Source of the DNA: the human T2T-CHM13v2.0 reference genome, Homo sapiens
Strand: one strand, 5' to 3'
NCBI RefSeq assembly: GCF_009914755.1
Contig: NC_060936.1
Length of the DNA: 64,000 nucleotides
Position numbers and translations under genes: made by a program
Notes under the pieces: generated by a model
Told to the model about the DNA's origin: nothing
Seen by the model: the letters and a program-made list of their open reading frames with translations, nothing else
Database searches by the model: none
Part shown: positions 33,332 through 51,565 of the stretch, piece by piece
How the letters are laid out: every line of letters starts with the position of its first letter
Numbering within the stretch: the first letter of the stretch is position 1

Positions 33332-33475
33332 TCATTCATTCATTCATTCATTCGACAAATTTGTACTGAGGACCTAATATGATCCTATTATGGGCCTCTT
33401 ATGGGCCAGCCACTCCTATAGGCACTGCAGGTATAGAAGTGAACAAAACAAGAGAAACACTTATCCTCATGTTCT
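33332..33475 (-). mobile_element. L2 3'-end fragment with (TTCA)n
   Basis: tcattcattcattcattcgacaaatttgtactgag...ggcactgcagg. Confidence 0.65.
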
Positions 33476-34543
33476 AAATGTGCTCCTATTAATATCATAA
33501 ACACAAACAACAAAATTTTAACATTAGCTTGGGTGTTTAAAAATATGTAATCACATGACTATGATTGTCACATAATTGTGAAAATGTTTAACCTCATTGT
33601 GAAAATGATGGCCTACTACTACAGATAGAAATATCAAGCATGATTGATACATGAAAACTAAAATAATTAAATGTGCATTTTCCTTCTTTTCAAGAAACAT
33701 CAACAAGCAGAGAGTTGGCAACCTATGCATTTTTTTCCAGTTACTAAATGGCTGAACCTGAACTCTGCATTCGGCTCAGAGACAGGGGAAATATCTACAG
33801 TTCTCTCTACTATCCTAGAATTGGAATTGACTGCAGATTAACACTTATCACCAGAGTGCAAATGAGAAGATGCAAAAGAAACTCTATTTCCAGCTTGTCT
33901 CTCTTTATGGGAAAGCCTCAGTTTTTTTCTTTCCAGTTCTCTGTTTCGTTTTGCTTTTCCCCCTTGCAGCACAATCTCAGTATCCTTGTAATTTGTACCA
34001 CAGGTCATGATCTGTTACTTCCTTGTCAAACTATGGCCACATCTGTACAACCCTAATAAAACTCTCTTACAAAAGCAAGGAATCTAGAAATACCAGGCCA
34101 GGCTTGGCTTTCTGACCCTTGTCAGACAGTTTACCCTCCAAATGACCTATCCGTTTAGTCTTTTTCAATGTAGTTGTATCGATGTGGCCTTATAGTCCAT
34201 CACCTAGAAAAACACCAAGAGTACTGCTTGAATACACTGGCCACCATTGTTTACCTGTTAGGGGACAGGCAAGATGGGGAAGCAAAGGAATTATTGCCAT
34301 CAAAGAGAGAATAACAGCTTACCTGGAAAGTTCCACTATTTCTAAGAATTACATAATGTTCATTTGCCCCATCATGGAAGAGATACCCCTGTAAGAATGG
34401 GAATCTGTTCCCCTCTACTGATGGCTGCTGGGGGCAGAAAGAATGATGTTGTATTTATCTAGGTTTATTAGACAAAGAAAAGCTACAGCGTTGGTGAGAA
34501 CAACAAATCCAGGTAAGACTGCCTAAGAAGAGCCTGGCCCTGA

Positions 34544-34729
<186 letters not shown>

Positions 34730-34731
34730 TG

Positions 34732-35395
<664 letters not shown>

Positions 35396-35449
35396 TCCTG
35401 CTTTTTACAACCTGAAAAGATGAGTGACAGCTATGATTTCAGTAACCTT

Positions 35450-35650
35450 CAGCACATAGGAGTCCAGTGCCTGGACCCTGGAACCTTGGGTTCTGATCTT
35501 GATTCTGCTTCCTGCTAGCTATTACCCTTGGAAAGACAGTTTAACTTCTTTATGCCTCAGTTTCCCCATCTGTAAAATGGTGACAAGAATAGGACCTAGC
35601 TGTGAAGTATTTTGAACAGTGCCTGACACACCATAATGCTGAGCCAGTGT
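35450..35650 (+). mobile_element. MIR
   Basis: tgcctcagtttccccatctgtaaaatgg. Confidence 0.75.
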
Positions 35651-36301
35651 CTGCTGACATTACCATAACTCACTCCATAAGATGATTCCAAATCTACACA
35701 TGCGCTAGGTCATAATTCATAATATCTGAGACAGCTGATTGGGCAAATGGTTCAACTCTTCAAATATTCAAATTCAAAAATATTGATTATATACCTCCTG
35801 TTTTAGGCACTGAGTATAACATGTGAGCACTCAGAATTTATAGTCTGAGAGGAGCAGAGAAAAAAATAAACAAATAATCACAAATGCCAAGTGCTATGAA
35901 GGGATGGTGAGCTGGAGGAGGACCTGAGGGTTGAAGAATTTTAACCAAATAAATCTTTATAAGGGATATATTATGATCTGAACTAGTCTTTGACACTTAT
36001 CAATATTATGCAAATGAGTACATAGCCAACTGTATTCCAGAATTACTTCTTTCCAGGCTAGAATGTCAAAATACACTGCATGTGAACAGAAATGTTGGTT
36101 CCCCTTATGTTCCTGTACGACATTGAAATGCTGGGCTGGAAGCTGGACTACAATGTCACGTCCTCAGGGTCTAAATCACTCAATACAAACAGATTGCAGG
36201 TTTACTTCAAGCAGATCAGTTTGATTTAGTCACATTCCTATAATTCCAGGCTTCTCATCACCTTGCCTAATAAAAAGAGTGAAAAAAATTCAATTTTTTC
36301 A

Positions 36302-36852
<551 letters not shown>

Positions 36853-37144
36853 TGAACTCCCAGGACAGGCGCTCAGCTAGCGCATTCCTTCTATGTGAAT
36901 AAATGATTATTTTCAGGTTCAGCTTTGAGAGACTTCAGTTCCAGAAAATCCTCTGAAGTTACCATTGCAGTGTCTACACTCTATTGCGATTGCCCGGCTG
37001 TGTCCGGGGGCTACAGGACACATTTGCCCTCCTATAGTGAGAACATTGTACTGGAATTCCCACAGACAGACACAGCTTTAAGCCAATGCTGAGAAATTTG
37101 GAAAATAAACTGAAATGTGTGTGTCTGGATGCATTTCATTGCAG

Positions 37145-37262
37145 GTGTACACATTTGAGATGCAGATCATCAAGGCCAAAGATAACTTTGCAGGAAATTA
37201 CAGATGCGAGGTCACCTATAAGGATAAGTTTGACAGCTGTTCATTTGATCTTGAAGTGCACG
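37145..37262 (+). CDS. MYBPC1: MYBPC1 exon 8 (Ig C1)
   Basis: [39 protein letters not shown]; gcag| ... |gtaaga. Confidence 0.97.
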
Positions 37263-37860
37263 GTAAGAGAGCCTTCTTGCCTAGATAAATGTAATTTTTT
37301 AATGGGGTGTGAGGGGATGGAGAAGAAGTAGTTCATTTAATACTATGAGATTTCAGAGAAAGTTTTCCTTTAAAACTGTTTCTGATTGTGGTAGTCTCAG
37401 CAAGCTTGCTGAATTGAATTGTAATGAAATAATTTATAATAAAAGTAGAATTGGGGGGATTTTATCGCTAAATATCTCTTGTCCATGCTATCTATATTCT
37501 TTCAATCTCCCAGATAAAAGATGATGTCAGTTTTTGCTGCTACAGAATGTATGTTTCAAGGGGTCCACTTTCCCACTTAGGTTTGGGGATAGGGTAATAT
37601 GCTATGAGAGTTCAGGATACCCAGATGGAAGGGAGAATTTCTCTTATAACGACTAATGTCAGGCATGGCAGTTCTTCATCCATATGTTCTGTGCACTACC
37701 CAGAGTAAACATAGAAGGCCTAAATGCATACGATGAGGTTGGAAAAAAACTCGCTTTTACAAGTATACAAAGGAAAAGTTGACTTGGCAGCAAATATTAT
37801 AAACTTAAGGTGAATGTAAAGTGTGATGTAGTTGCAAAAGACAAAAAAGTGAATGTAATT

Positions 37861-38158
37861 TTATTTTATTTGAGACAGAGTCTCACTCTGTTGCCCAGGC
37901 TAGAGTCTAGTGGCACTGTCTTGGTTCACCGCAACTTCCAACTCCTGGGTTCAAGCAGTTCTCATGCCTCAGCCTCCCAAATAGCTGGGATTACAGGCGT
38001 GTGCCACCACACCTGGCTAATTTTGCTGGGGTATTTTTAGAAGAGACGGGATTTCGCCATATTAGCCAGCCTAGTCTCAAACTCCAGGCCTCAAGTGATC
38101 CACCTGCCTTGGCCTCCCAAAGGGCTGGGATTACAGGTGTGAGCCACTGTGCCCGGCC
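37861..38158 (-). mobile_element. AluS
   Basis: TSD tgaatgtaatttta. Confidence 0.92.
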
Positions 38159-38530
38159 ATGAATGTAATTTTAAACTGGGCTATTCCAAGTGCTATAGGA
38201 TCTAAGTTTAGGAAGTGATACTTCTCTCTACAACATGCTACTTATTCTACATTTGGAGTGATGTCTTTAGCCGTGGTCACTATACCTCTGCCTGGACCTC
38301 TTCTCGAGTAGAGTAACCAGGAAGATGAAGAATCCAAAAACCACACCCTATCCAGCTTGAGTGTGTGGGTGAAGGAAGTCAGGCATACATGGCTTGTTGC
38401 AAAGAGGGGAAGGGGCTGTCACACAGAACATGGAAAACAAATTTCCATGCATGAGAAGCATTTAGGCAGTTTAGAATCAAAAGGTGGAAATGATGAGGAG
38501 GTGAATTTTGTCTTAACGTTAGGATGAGCT

Positions 38531-38944
<414 letters not shown>

Positions 38945-38948
38945 TTAG

Positions 38949-39336
<388 letters not shown>

Positions 39337-39677
39337 TTAAGAATATTGATTTCTGGGTGCCCCTCCCTGATCTGGTGGATCAACATCTTTGGCAGAGAGG
39401 ATCAAGAAACTGATATATTTCTAAGTCCCTCAGTGATTCTAGTGGGCAGACAAGTTGAATGACACCTGAACAAGGTGACCCCAAGGTCCCTTCATTGGTT
39501 CTTCATGAGGGAGGAGGAGGTATGATGAGGCCTTGGCAGCACAGCCATTCAGGAGAAAAGCCTCCCCCCTTCACCTGACATTCTTCCATCTAAAGAATCC
39601 CCACAGCCTATAAAGGAACTGAACACAAACTACCTCCTTAATGGGTATTTATGTTATTGTTTTCTTTCCTTTCAAAG

Positions 39678-39729
39678 AATCTACTGGGACTACTCCAAAC
39701 ATTGACATCAGATCTGCTTTCAAGAGAAG
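39678..39729 (+). CDS. MYBPC1: MYBPC1 exon 9 (M-motif start, ESTGTTPNIDIRSAFKR)
   Basis: ttcaaag| (AAG acceptor) ... |gtaact. Confidence 0.95.
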
Positions 39730-41794
39730 GTAACTCCAAAAGAAAAATCTAGATAGCTTTTGTATAACACAGAAGTGGAGGATTTTCAAACACATTTCCT
39801 TTCCCCTGTATTCCGTATTCCAAATACGAACAACACTTTTCACCGCAAAAACACCATATATTTAAACATTGGTGTTCTAGAAAAACCATGGGTTTAAGGC
39901 CCAGTCAAGCATATACTGACCATTTTTTAGAATGTTCTTGTTATAAAGAAGTTCCTGTTTTGGAGGTTTCACAGTTGCCTTAGAAAGACACTTTCAATTT
40001 ATTCATATGTAGCTTCCTCCTTAAAGCATTACTTTCCACCAAATGGCCAAAAGAAATACGCAAAGAGACTCATTTCATTGGTTAAGTCACGGCAGAAAAC
40101 TTTTATTTATATTGCCTTTCATCTAGAAATCACTCAGGGAGCTACTGAACCATGTGCCCAAGAAAACCACAACCAAGTAGCTACTTACTGAAGTTAGTGC
40201 CATATAATATTGGATTATCCTAAATGAAACTGGCATTAAGAATACTACAGAAAGGCAAAATTTAGATACCTATTTCATATATTTTTGCAATTACCAAGGC
40301 TGAAAAATGGAGGGGGGGCGGTCAAGGAAGAAATGTAAAAGATTTTTGGTCTCTGAGAAATATAACCAGCCCCTTCCTGTCATTATGTTATTCTCTGTAC
40401 TTAATTATTCCATAATATAAATTCTTTAATGAGACCAAATGTTTTGTTCTTCCGAAGACTGAATCCACATACAGAATCCACATACAGTTTTGCTGAATAA
40501 GGAAAGTCACTCCAAACTATTATAAAACAATAATTTAGCCTGTTAATGAGGCATATTTTCCTCTGATATTATAAATAAATCAAAACTTTAATTACTTTGA
40601 AAGTTATTTAATATTACTGGTATTAGGTATTTTTTAATTTTAAAAAATGTCATAACTTTCAAATTTTATTACTTTCCTTCCACTTTCCCTTCATCCCATG
40701 CTCAGCAAATGCACAGGTCTAAAACTATGCTCATACTGTATACAAGTATATCTTAGGAGAGGGAAACATGATCTACTAAGTTTTGAGCTTTAAAAGAACA
40801 GAAATGTATTTACTTCAAAAGGCCTGCAAACACCTGAAGAAATTTTGAAAACACATTACTGAGTTTAATTCTTATGACTTACATGTTATACACACTGTTT
40901 TTAAACCCACAGACTCTTTTCTTAGAAACCATAACTAACATTTGTAAAGAGCAGGAAACAAAACTTCCTTAAAAAATTAAACATGTAAGTAACTATGTAG
41001 TGCCATTTAAATGTTAGCTCTGTAGCTTCTGGTTAGAGTTTATATGAAATCACAGTGGTGGCTGCATGCCTAATTTAAGATGCATTTCTCTACAAGAAAG
41101 CACTTTTTTAAACTGCTAGTAAAAGTTTCATTAACAATTCAAGACAAATTTTTTTAAAACATATTTAAGAAGGTATAAATATTAATAAGAAAATTAGAAT
41201 AATTATCACCCTTTAAGACAGAAAGGAATGCATCTTTTAAAAATTTCTGTGTTAGCTCCTTTTTTATTTTTGCCATGTTAGTATCACATTATCTGATTCA
41301 TCTGTTCATGGACACAAAGAGGTTACCATTGAATATAAGGCTTTGTACTTATATATCTGACATTGGTACACTTCGTCCTCCAAGCCAATCTCTGTCTTAC
41401 ATGAATAACAGAGATCAGCAAAAGTTCTTTGCTTTTTACATAGGTATGTTTCTACAGCCCCCAACTTGCAAAAACAAAGTACTTTGTGTTGCTTGGCTTA
41501 AGTGCATTTGTGTTACCTGGTTTTAACACAAATCCAAGCAGTTTTATATATGCAATCTACAAAAATGTGTCTTCTGAAATCATAGCGTAACACAAGCTCC
41601 TCATATGTTTACTCTTCCACAAGTACATACTCCAAAAACTTAACATGTCACTTGTGTGAAAAGAAATAGTTTGTGTTGATTTAGTCCTTGTGTGGCACAA
41701 AATTGCATATACGTTACATGTAGAGTGTTTGGGGGAAATTGTTGTGTATGTCTCTGCATTAAACCCAGATTTGCTTTTCTTTTGTTAACGACAG

Positions 41795-41851
41795 TGGAGA
41801 AGGTCAAGAGGATGCAGGAGAACTTGACTTTAGTGGTCTCCTGAAACGTAG
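41795..41851 (+). CDS. MYBPC1: MYBPC1 exon 10 (57 nt, SGEGQEDAGELDFSGLLKR; alternative)
   Basis: gacag| ... |gtgaga; symmetric phase 2. Confidence 0.95.
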
Positions 41852-42317
41852 GTGAGAACAAAGTGATGGAGTGAGACATTGTGGCCTGGAAGTCTTTCAG
41901 ACACCCACTCAGAGAAGTCAAGTTTAAAGTGGATGTTCTTCAGAGAATTTTTCATTTCTGAAAATGTGTTTTGCTTATAGAATATAACAGAGTTGACTAG
42001 AAAGAGAGAAACAACTGCATACTAATCTTTTAAAGCCTTTAACAGTTGCTTTTAAACTTTCTTTTTAAATGTTTCATGACTCTTCACCTATTTTTTTTTA
42101 AATGGGGACGAAGAGATATGAAAACTGAGACATAAGACAAATACCTAGAAACCTCTAAGACTGCACATATGATTCCGTCTCATGACTGAATAAATGAAGC
42201 CTTCATTCTCTTACCTTTGATATTTAGTCAAAAAATCAGTTTTACGATTTTGGTAGAAGTCTGAAGGTATACACATTGTAAGAGGCAGACCTACTTTAAT
42301 GTATTATTTATGATGTA

Positions 42318-42494
42318 CTGTATTTCTGCAAGTCTAAGACACCACTGCTATTAAGATACACCAGCACTTTATAAATCACTAAGCAATGAAAAAATTGTTC
42401 CAAATGGTTTGACACACCATTGATTATAAGATGCATTGTCATTTCAGAGGTCTTTAAAATGCCTCAAAAATGTGTTTTAGAAGTGACAAAATGG
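42318..42494 (-). mobile_element. MER104-like (TcMar-Tc2) MITE
   Basis: ctgtatttc..tctaagac / ccattgattataagatgcat...ttttagaa terminal motifs. Confidence 0.55.
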
Positions 42495-43164
42495 AAATAA
42501 AAGTTTAGTATCATCACACACTGACACTTTTCATTGTTCTCTCCTGCAATAAAATTTAGGATTTCATTATGGATACTTAGAACATAACCATTTTATAAGA
42601 TTTCTCTCCATATATATTTCTATAACTGCTATACTCTTCACTAGGATTCCCTATATATATACTATATTATATGCCTGTTATAGATATCTAGATATTTACT
42701 ATAGTGCAGAAGCAACAAAAAGAAACACTTTTTTTCTGAGATTATGTTTTATCTAGCAAATTTGTAAATAAACAGAGTAAAACTATAATTTTAAATTAAT
42801 TGTATATAATATCAGTTTTCATTTAACTTTCCAGGCTTTTAAAATTACTTTTAGTGCTTTCTATGGTTATTAAAAGACTACAAGTACAAATATGCTTCAT
42901 AACAAATTACAAACACTTGAAATATACTGGGATTGTGTTTATTCTCTGTTTAGTTAGATAGCTGTATTGAAGTCTCTGTAAATGAAAAATTTACCCCTAT
43001 CCCTCAACATGTAGGTTGAGAACAGAAATATTAATGGGTGTGATTTATTAATTCCTGAGGGCTATTAGCCCATCAATAGACTACTTCAAATAACCATTAG
43101 TCTCAATAGTATTGATTAATTCCCCAAATGCATTTAAAGCAATAGTATATGAAGTGCCCTTAAG

Positions 43165-43735
43165 TGAGCCTCACGTTTCCTCATTCTACAGATAAGAAAC
43201 CAAGGTACAGAGACAACAAGTGACTTATCCCAAGTCACACAGGAGTTAGAGGCAGGGCCAGGACCCAAACCCAAGTTTCCCTTTTATGAGTCAGCTCATT
43301 TCCTGTGACTCCATATTAAAGATGCCACTCTGAATTTGCCTTGGAAGCTGGCGCTTCAGTTTATAACACAAATTGACACTTTAGGAAGACAAGAGAGCTT
43401 TGTATTCTCCCTGCAATCATTTACTCAGTCAGGAAAATACTAAACACTGTCTTTGCGTAGAATATAATGCTACTGATGTGAGGAAAAGAAATCCAGTGCC
43501 TGGCACATAGAAAAGGATAGATACACTTTTGTGGGAGGAAAAACAGTGGTAAAAACATGGACTGGAGTCTCAGCTCTACCATTTACTAATTATGTGACTT
43601 TGGTCAAATATTTGACCCCTCTGAGACTTGGATTTCACATCTGGAAATGTGAAGAATAAACACTACTTAATAGAATTATTGTGCAAATTAAATTAAGTGT
43701 AAAAAGCTTGGTTCACAGTAGGTGGCAAATAAATA
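43165..43735. mobile_element. Two MIR fragments in opposite orientation
   Basis: cattctacagataagaaac...cccaagtcacacag (-); ctctaccatttactaattatgtgactttgg (+). Confidence 0.65.
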
Positions 43736-45196
43736 TGTACTTCCTCTAAGGAAATGTGTCATTTTCTCTAACATAGTTTATATTCATAAGGAGACAACAC
43801 ACAAACACATACACAATCAATCAACAAAAATGTGATACAGTAGATTATTAAGCACCTTGCTCTGATTAAAAAGGAAAAAAAGAAAGAAAAAAGAACAGAC
43901 TTTTTCAACCAGTAATTCCAGAATAAAATAAATCTAATTACATAGTCAAAATGACAAAATTTAAAAATCACTTAATGGGCAGCCAACATGTCTCCAGTTC
44001 TCATTTTCTTTTATCCCCTGCTTAAGATTTGCATTCATAATTAGATTGTTGTTAATATAAGGCTATGTTATGTTCATTTAGTATACTATACTAATCCACT
44101 AATATAACTTTAGAAATCATTGTGTTTTCCTACTAGTGAGTTGCATGCGTTTTCATTGCGGTAATGACATATGGTTACCATTTCTACTCCTCCAAGTGTG
44201 TGTGCCAAAATCCCCACAAGAAAAAAAAATATGATTAAAACCAACATCTCTGTACAACGAAAGATCTTCCTGCTCTGAACAAAGCCAGCTTACTTCAAAT
44301 AGACATTAGCTAAATCAGATTAAATCTTTTGGGCATCATCCTGTTATAAGAATTGACCTGTATAAATACTTGTAAGTTGTACTCTACATAAAATTTCTAT
44401 AACTGTTATACTCTTCACTAGGATCACCAAGTTATTGAAATTTTGATGTAGATGAAAATACAGTGAGTATTATACAGGTCTATCCCGAGGCTTGGAAAAG
44501 AATCAGAAGTGCCTACAGAAATTTGGCTTTTTCTCCTCACTGTAACTTAACATAGCCATGCAGACAGGGTCATGTGCAGCCACCATGGTAAGTAACTAAA
44601 GATATGTTCCAGGTGCATTAAGGAAATGCTGGAGGTGAGAGCCTTGACCTCACATTTCAGTACAAGATAGATGCTTCTCTTTACGATTTGAGATACAATT
44701 AAGTAATGGAGAGAAAAGGAAGGAATAGGCAAGAGGTCATTGGTGTTCTTATATGAAATTTGATATGACTAAGTATGTGATAAGAGTGGAGAGTATCTTG
44801 GCATTTTAATGAAAACTGGTGAGGATGATTGGTTTTATAAATCTACCAACAAAACTGACTCAGGAAATCACACTCAAAATTATCATCTTTATTACTGGTT
44901 TCCTTCATATAAATATTCACCTCATGGATCTATGTAGGACTCAGTGACTTGTGCCTCTTGTTAGCTATTTTAATTATATCTAGCTTGATAGCTTTAAATC
45001 CTCCGCCAATGTCAGGAGGATAGCTGAAATATGTAATGTATGTGTGCAATTCTTCATGGTTCAAATACAAATTTAACATAATCCAGTATGGCATAATTTT
45101 ATAGTCTGGGGACTATATTTAGGCTGGAATGTGACAAAAATAGAGCACTAATAATCTAGATTGAGGGAACACCCCGCAGAAAATATATACATATGA

Positions 45197-45508
<312 letters not shown>

Positions 45509-46045
45509 TATACATATACATCATAATTGTGACTCTCCTAGACTTCCTACTAAAATATTTAAAGGATGTATTTGAAGTGTTTACTGTTTCCAGGAAGTAG
45601 ATTTAGTGGATCTGGCAAATTATTACCAATATTCCAATTTCAGGACAATTTTCTTAAGCTTTTCGATTTTCTCATGTTAATAAAGGATGTAGCTGTTATT
45701 TCAGTGAGATGAAGATAATGCTTGTGTCTTGAGTTTTTAAGAGGCACATTTTGCTAATGGTGTTGTCTAGTCCTTCCCATCAAGATTATTGGAGAGACCA
45801 GTGACCTTTCACTTCCTTCTATTTTCCAGGAGTTCTGCCTCAATGTCCCCCAAACCCACTGGGCAAAAAGACTTACATGGCAATGTAAAATGGAAGTTAG
45901 ATATTCAGATGTCATCCTTGCCTAATGCCACCCTAAACTCTATATTAATATCTATAATCTCCTCCCCTCCCCTGCATATTTTATCCATGATTACAACCCA
46001 GTATTTCCTTCTCAAAGTACACATGAGTGTAAAGATGACACTCCA

Positions 46046-46331
46046 GGCTGGTGTGGTGGCCAGCACTTTGGGATGCCGAGGTGGACGGATCACTTGAGGT
46101 CAGGAGTTCAAGACCAGCCTGGCCAACATGGTGAAATCCCATCTCTACTAAAAATACAAAAATTAGCTGGGTGTGGCACACACCTGTAATCCCAGCTACT
46201 TGGGAGACTGAGGCAGGAGAATCGTTAGAACCCAAGAGGCAGAGATTGCAGTGAGCTGAGATCACACCACTTCACTCCAACCTGGGCAACAGAGTGAGAC
46301 TCTGTCTCAAAGAAAAAAAAAAAAAAAAAAA
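46046..46331 (+). mobile_element. AluS (small 5' deletion)
   Basis: Alu dimer, A tail. Confidence 0.92.
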
Positions 46332-47549
46332 GAAGGCACTCTGAAACAGGTGTAATGAATATGACAATGCAAACAGATGTAACCCATCATTCCCTAACAT
46401 GATAGCATGAATTCATTTTCACACTGATATATAAGATGTTTGACCAGTTTTCCAGAAAATCATATCCAAATCAGCATTACGGTAAGCAGTCGTTGTAACA
46501 TTTCTAAATTAACCTGATAAAAATAGTCATGTAAATGTAAACAAAATCAGGATTATTTATTCAATGAAGGAAACCAATTTGTTTATACTAAGCCTGTTTT
46601 CCAAAAGAGTGTTTATTTCTGAATTTTATTTTTATTTTATGCTTTTAAAAGAAAGGAAGACAAGTGTAAATCTTAAATCTTACTTAAATCTTAAATCTTA
46701 TTTTTAACACATATATGTTCTTTATGTGTTCTGTAGTCAATGATCAAAAGTTGGGGTCATAATTTTGGTATGCACCCTAAGAAGTTACTTTCCCTTGTTC
46801 ATGGTGCCCTAAACCATTTGCTTCACAGTTTAACATTTGTATTTTTATAACTCATACCCAATTTGCTTCCAAAAAACATTCAAGACAGTACTTTAAGATG
46901 AAATGTAAGAAAATTTTTAAAACCTAGTCTCCTTTCCCCCTGCCGATTTAGAAAAAAAATTTTAAAACCATCAGTATCCATAAAAACCATGTGAAAAACA
47001 AACAAAAAACTCATGGCAGTTTCAATTTTTTTTTTTTTTTATTTTAAGAAAGGTAAAAAATGGTTCATGTACTTAGTTACTAATATGGTAGGGAAAATGC
47101 TATTTGCAAAATCCAAATGTTTGAAATAATGTATTTGTACTGTCTCCATATTTAGCTAGGGTGTGTACATCAAAGAAAATAGAGATCATTTTTATTTCAT
47201 AGGCCAAATCTAAACCTTTTAGTTCTAGTCCAATTTTCAATAATTCAATATCCATATCCTAGATGAAAACTGTTAAGTTTCTCAAAATCCCATCTTCTAA
47301 TTAGACTTTAAATTTGAAAATAAGTAAAATATATTTTTAGGCTATTTCCTGATGTCCTCTACTCCCCCTAAAATTGTTTTTATTAACTAGGAAAACGAAA
47401 GGTGTTACTATAAGGGCACACATTTGATCTTCTACTACCTGCAAGTTTCCCTAAGACTTCCATTCCAGCAAGCAAGACTTGACTTCTGGGCTTCAAGTAC
47501 TCAGGCTTTAAACAGAGCTTTTTTACACTGAACTGAAAAAGCAGAATTA

Positions 47550-48040
<491 letters not shown>

Positions 48041-49204
48041 CTTTCTCCAGCCTCCACATCCCCACTCACTGTCAAATTATTGATTTTTACTTAAGCAGAG
48101 TGGACTCTTTCACCATCCTTTTCTTTCACCCACTTGATGGCGTGTGGAGAGTTCACTTTCTCACACCCAATATGGTTAGCAAAATGTTTTGTAAAACCAA
48201 TAAGCAGCTCCGTGGGGGTCTGAAATGGGTCCAGTTTATTGTGGTCTGAAATACCTTTTTAAAGTGGAAAGAAAAAAAGGAGAGAAAGGAATACATTTTA
48301 CGCTGACCATTAGCTCTTCGAAGCTTCCTATACTCGGTCATTATTGGTTATGGGTTTTATGACACATCAGGTTAGTAATATATCAATCCTATTATTGTTT
48401 ATTATTTTGTTAATGTTCCAATAGAATTTAAAGATTTTTACCACCCTTTAAAAAAAATCTGACCTTTATTTCTGAACTTCCTGGAAACTGGTTGAGAAAT
48501 GGCCCCAGAGAAATGTAGTAGGGTTTTTTTTAGTTTATGTAGTTCAGCCATTCCCACTATCCCAGAACTCCTGAAGTTATATTTTTGAGAGGTGTATTAA
48601 TACTACAGGGGAGAGCCAGCTGACATCTCTTTTCCCCAAGCTGAACTTTGTTATTGTTATCACTTAGCTCTGAATTCATCTCCTAAGGTGCGTGGTAGAT
48701 GGCTTTTTTAAAAGCTAGGGTTTATTTTATCTTGTTAAAATATGAGACAGTGAGCTTACCTAAACAATAGTATAATAAGGTTGGAATGATGGAAATACAA
48801 GCATGACAACATGAAGCATTTCACATTTGTATTTTCCAAACTGCTAAATGAGAATTATTATCTTTTAAAAAGCAGGAAAAAAACTTATTAAATTAAAAAA
48901 AGAAGTTAACTATCTTTATTTAGGACCCTTCAAAGACAACTTTTTTTTTAATTGCTGTGTTCTATGTTATTTAAAATATTTGGAAATCCTGAATTCCTAA
49001 ACGTATGTGCAAGGGGTGTTTTTAAAATGCCACTGTTTGGGCAAGTTACCACAGTATAAAAACTTTAGTAAGCCTACTGTTTCAATTAGTCAAAGGCATT
49101 CGATTTAATATGAATCACTGAATTTATCTTATAAATTCTGTGGTTAAAAAACCATCTGTGACTTAGAAGGAGTGCAGAAATAAGGCCAATGACACTAACA
49201 GTAA

Positions 49205-49576
<372 letters not shown>

Positions 49577-49835
49577 TAGTGTACATTCCCTGAAGAATTA
49601 GGTCATTTTTAAAGCTTCTTCAATGATTCTTTTCTTACCTTTCTTCTAGAAACATGTGGATTCTCTTTTCAATTTAAACCATCTTATTGTATATAAGTCA
49701 ACACAGTGTTCGAAATATAAAGGATAATTTGGAAGGTTTCTGATTTTTTTCTTGAGATTCATTTTTTCATTTGCTTTTAGGTTCTCCTACATGTATTGAC
49801 TATTTAAATTCATAGCATATGTATACATATATTAA

Positions 49836-49997
<162 letters not shown>

Positions 49998-51565
49998 TAA
50001 GTGGGCTTTGCAAAAATCAGTGATAGCTCTACAGTAAATTAATCAAATAGTAGTTCGACTGACTTTTCTGAGAATAAAAGGATATTTATATTTTCATAAT
50101 ACAAAATCATATGGAGAGAGAGTAAACATTTAAGTCACATTTTATTTATTAGGGAAACATGATAGTTCTATATAAACTAAACCTTTTTTTATGTTTAATT
50201 CTAAAAAACTATTTAAAGTGTTTTCCAATTATGGTTTTGTGTCGCTATAGGTTATATGTGATTATTTCAGAGTATTGCCAAATTTCTCCCAATTTTAAAA
50301 AATAAAATTGAAAAATAACTTGCAATCCATATTTGATATGCCACCTGGGAATCCCATCTTATAATTAGATGACTTTTGCTTTTCCAAAATAACGACTATA
50401 TTTCATAATGGGTGAATACCTTCTATTTTCAATTCAGGTACTGTTTTGAGCACTTGCAATATTGCATATAAAAGGAACTCTTTAATGTTGAGATAAAACA
50501 AAATGTGGGTCAAAGCCTGTGTTTTATTATTTATTGGCCTTCTCACAGATGGAGACGGACTAAAGACAGACTAATCCCTGACGTCTGATGGTATCTCCAG
50601 TCTATTATAAAACTACTTTACAGAGATCCTCCTCAGCCTGAGAGATTTTCAACTCCAATATATTTTTTTAGGTTAACAGGAGCCATGTGTACATTTATAA
50701 AAGATGTTAATCCTGGAAAGCTGTTACTTGTGGAGTACAATTAGGTGGTTTCCAATTTCTTAATGTGGTCATGCCACTAGAGTGACTTTGTGATGATAAC
50801 ATTAATATCTGGTGTAAAAATCTCTTGAAGATGGCCTGAATTTACCAAAAACATAATTTTAATTGGTTATCTTTATGTAGAAAATATTTTTAAATATCTT
50901 GTTCTTGAAGGCTTCAATCTGAGAAATTCCCAAAACAGTGTTTTTAGTCTATTTTAATCCCATCATGTGCTCCTCCATAATACAGATCACAGATAATTAT
51001 ATTTTACAATCTTCTTGGCTTCTAGTTTTTCGTTTCTAAATACTCACATTCTTTCTTAGTACATGTAACTGTATGATAGCACCAGTTCTTGAGCTCATTT
51101 AAGAGAACATCACATTCTATAGAACTGCTGCGTGTGTTTGTGGTTATATCACATTATTTCTTAAATTGTATAATCATTTATTCACCCAAGGAAATCTACT
51201 ATACCACTGGGATAGGTAATGAATAGATCTTATTCATACATCAATGGATAAGATCAAGTCTCTACCCACCTATAAAGTACATGAATTGGTTAGTTAAAGA
51301 ATGTACAGAGTTAAAAATCTGACACCCTCAGCCAACTCTATCTTCCAACAGTGGGTTAAAAAAATTAAATAGCAAATATGTGAGTACTGATTTTTATTTG
51401 AAATAAAAACCTTATGTAAAAGAAAATTATAATGGAAATTAAATAGTATATATAAATATGCTTATACATTATGTATTATAAAGATAAAAATTGGTTTTTT
51501 TTTTTGGTTTGACGTTAAACTGTGTAAGATATGATACCTAAAGAGCAGATCAAAATTATATCCCT

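Noticed and set aside
42170-42255. Segment that looked like a possible small insertion with an aatgaag/cttcatt inverted repeat
   Set aside because: No TSD or local template found; cannot be supported without a reference comparison
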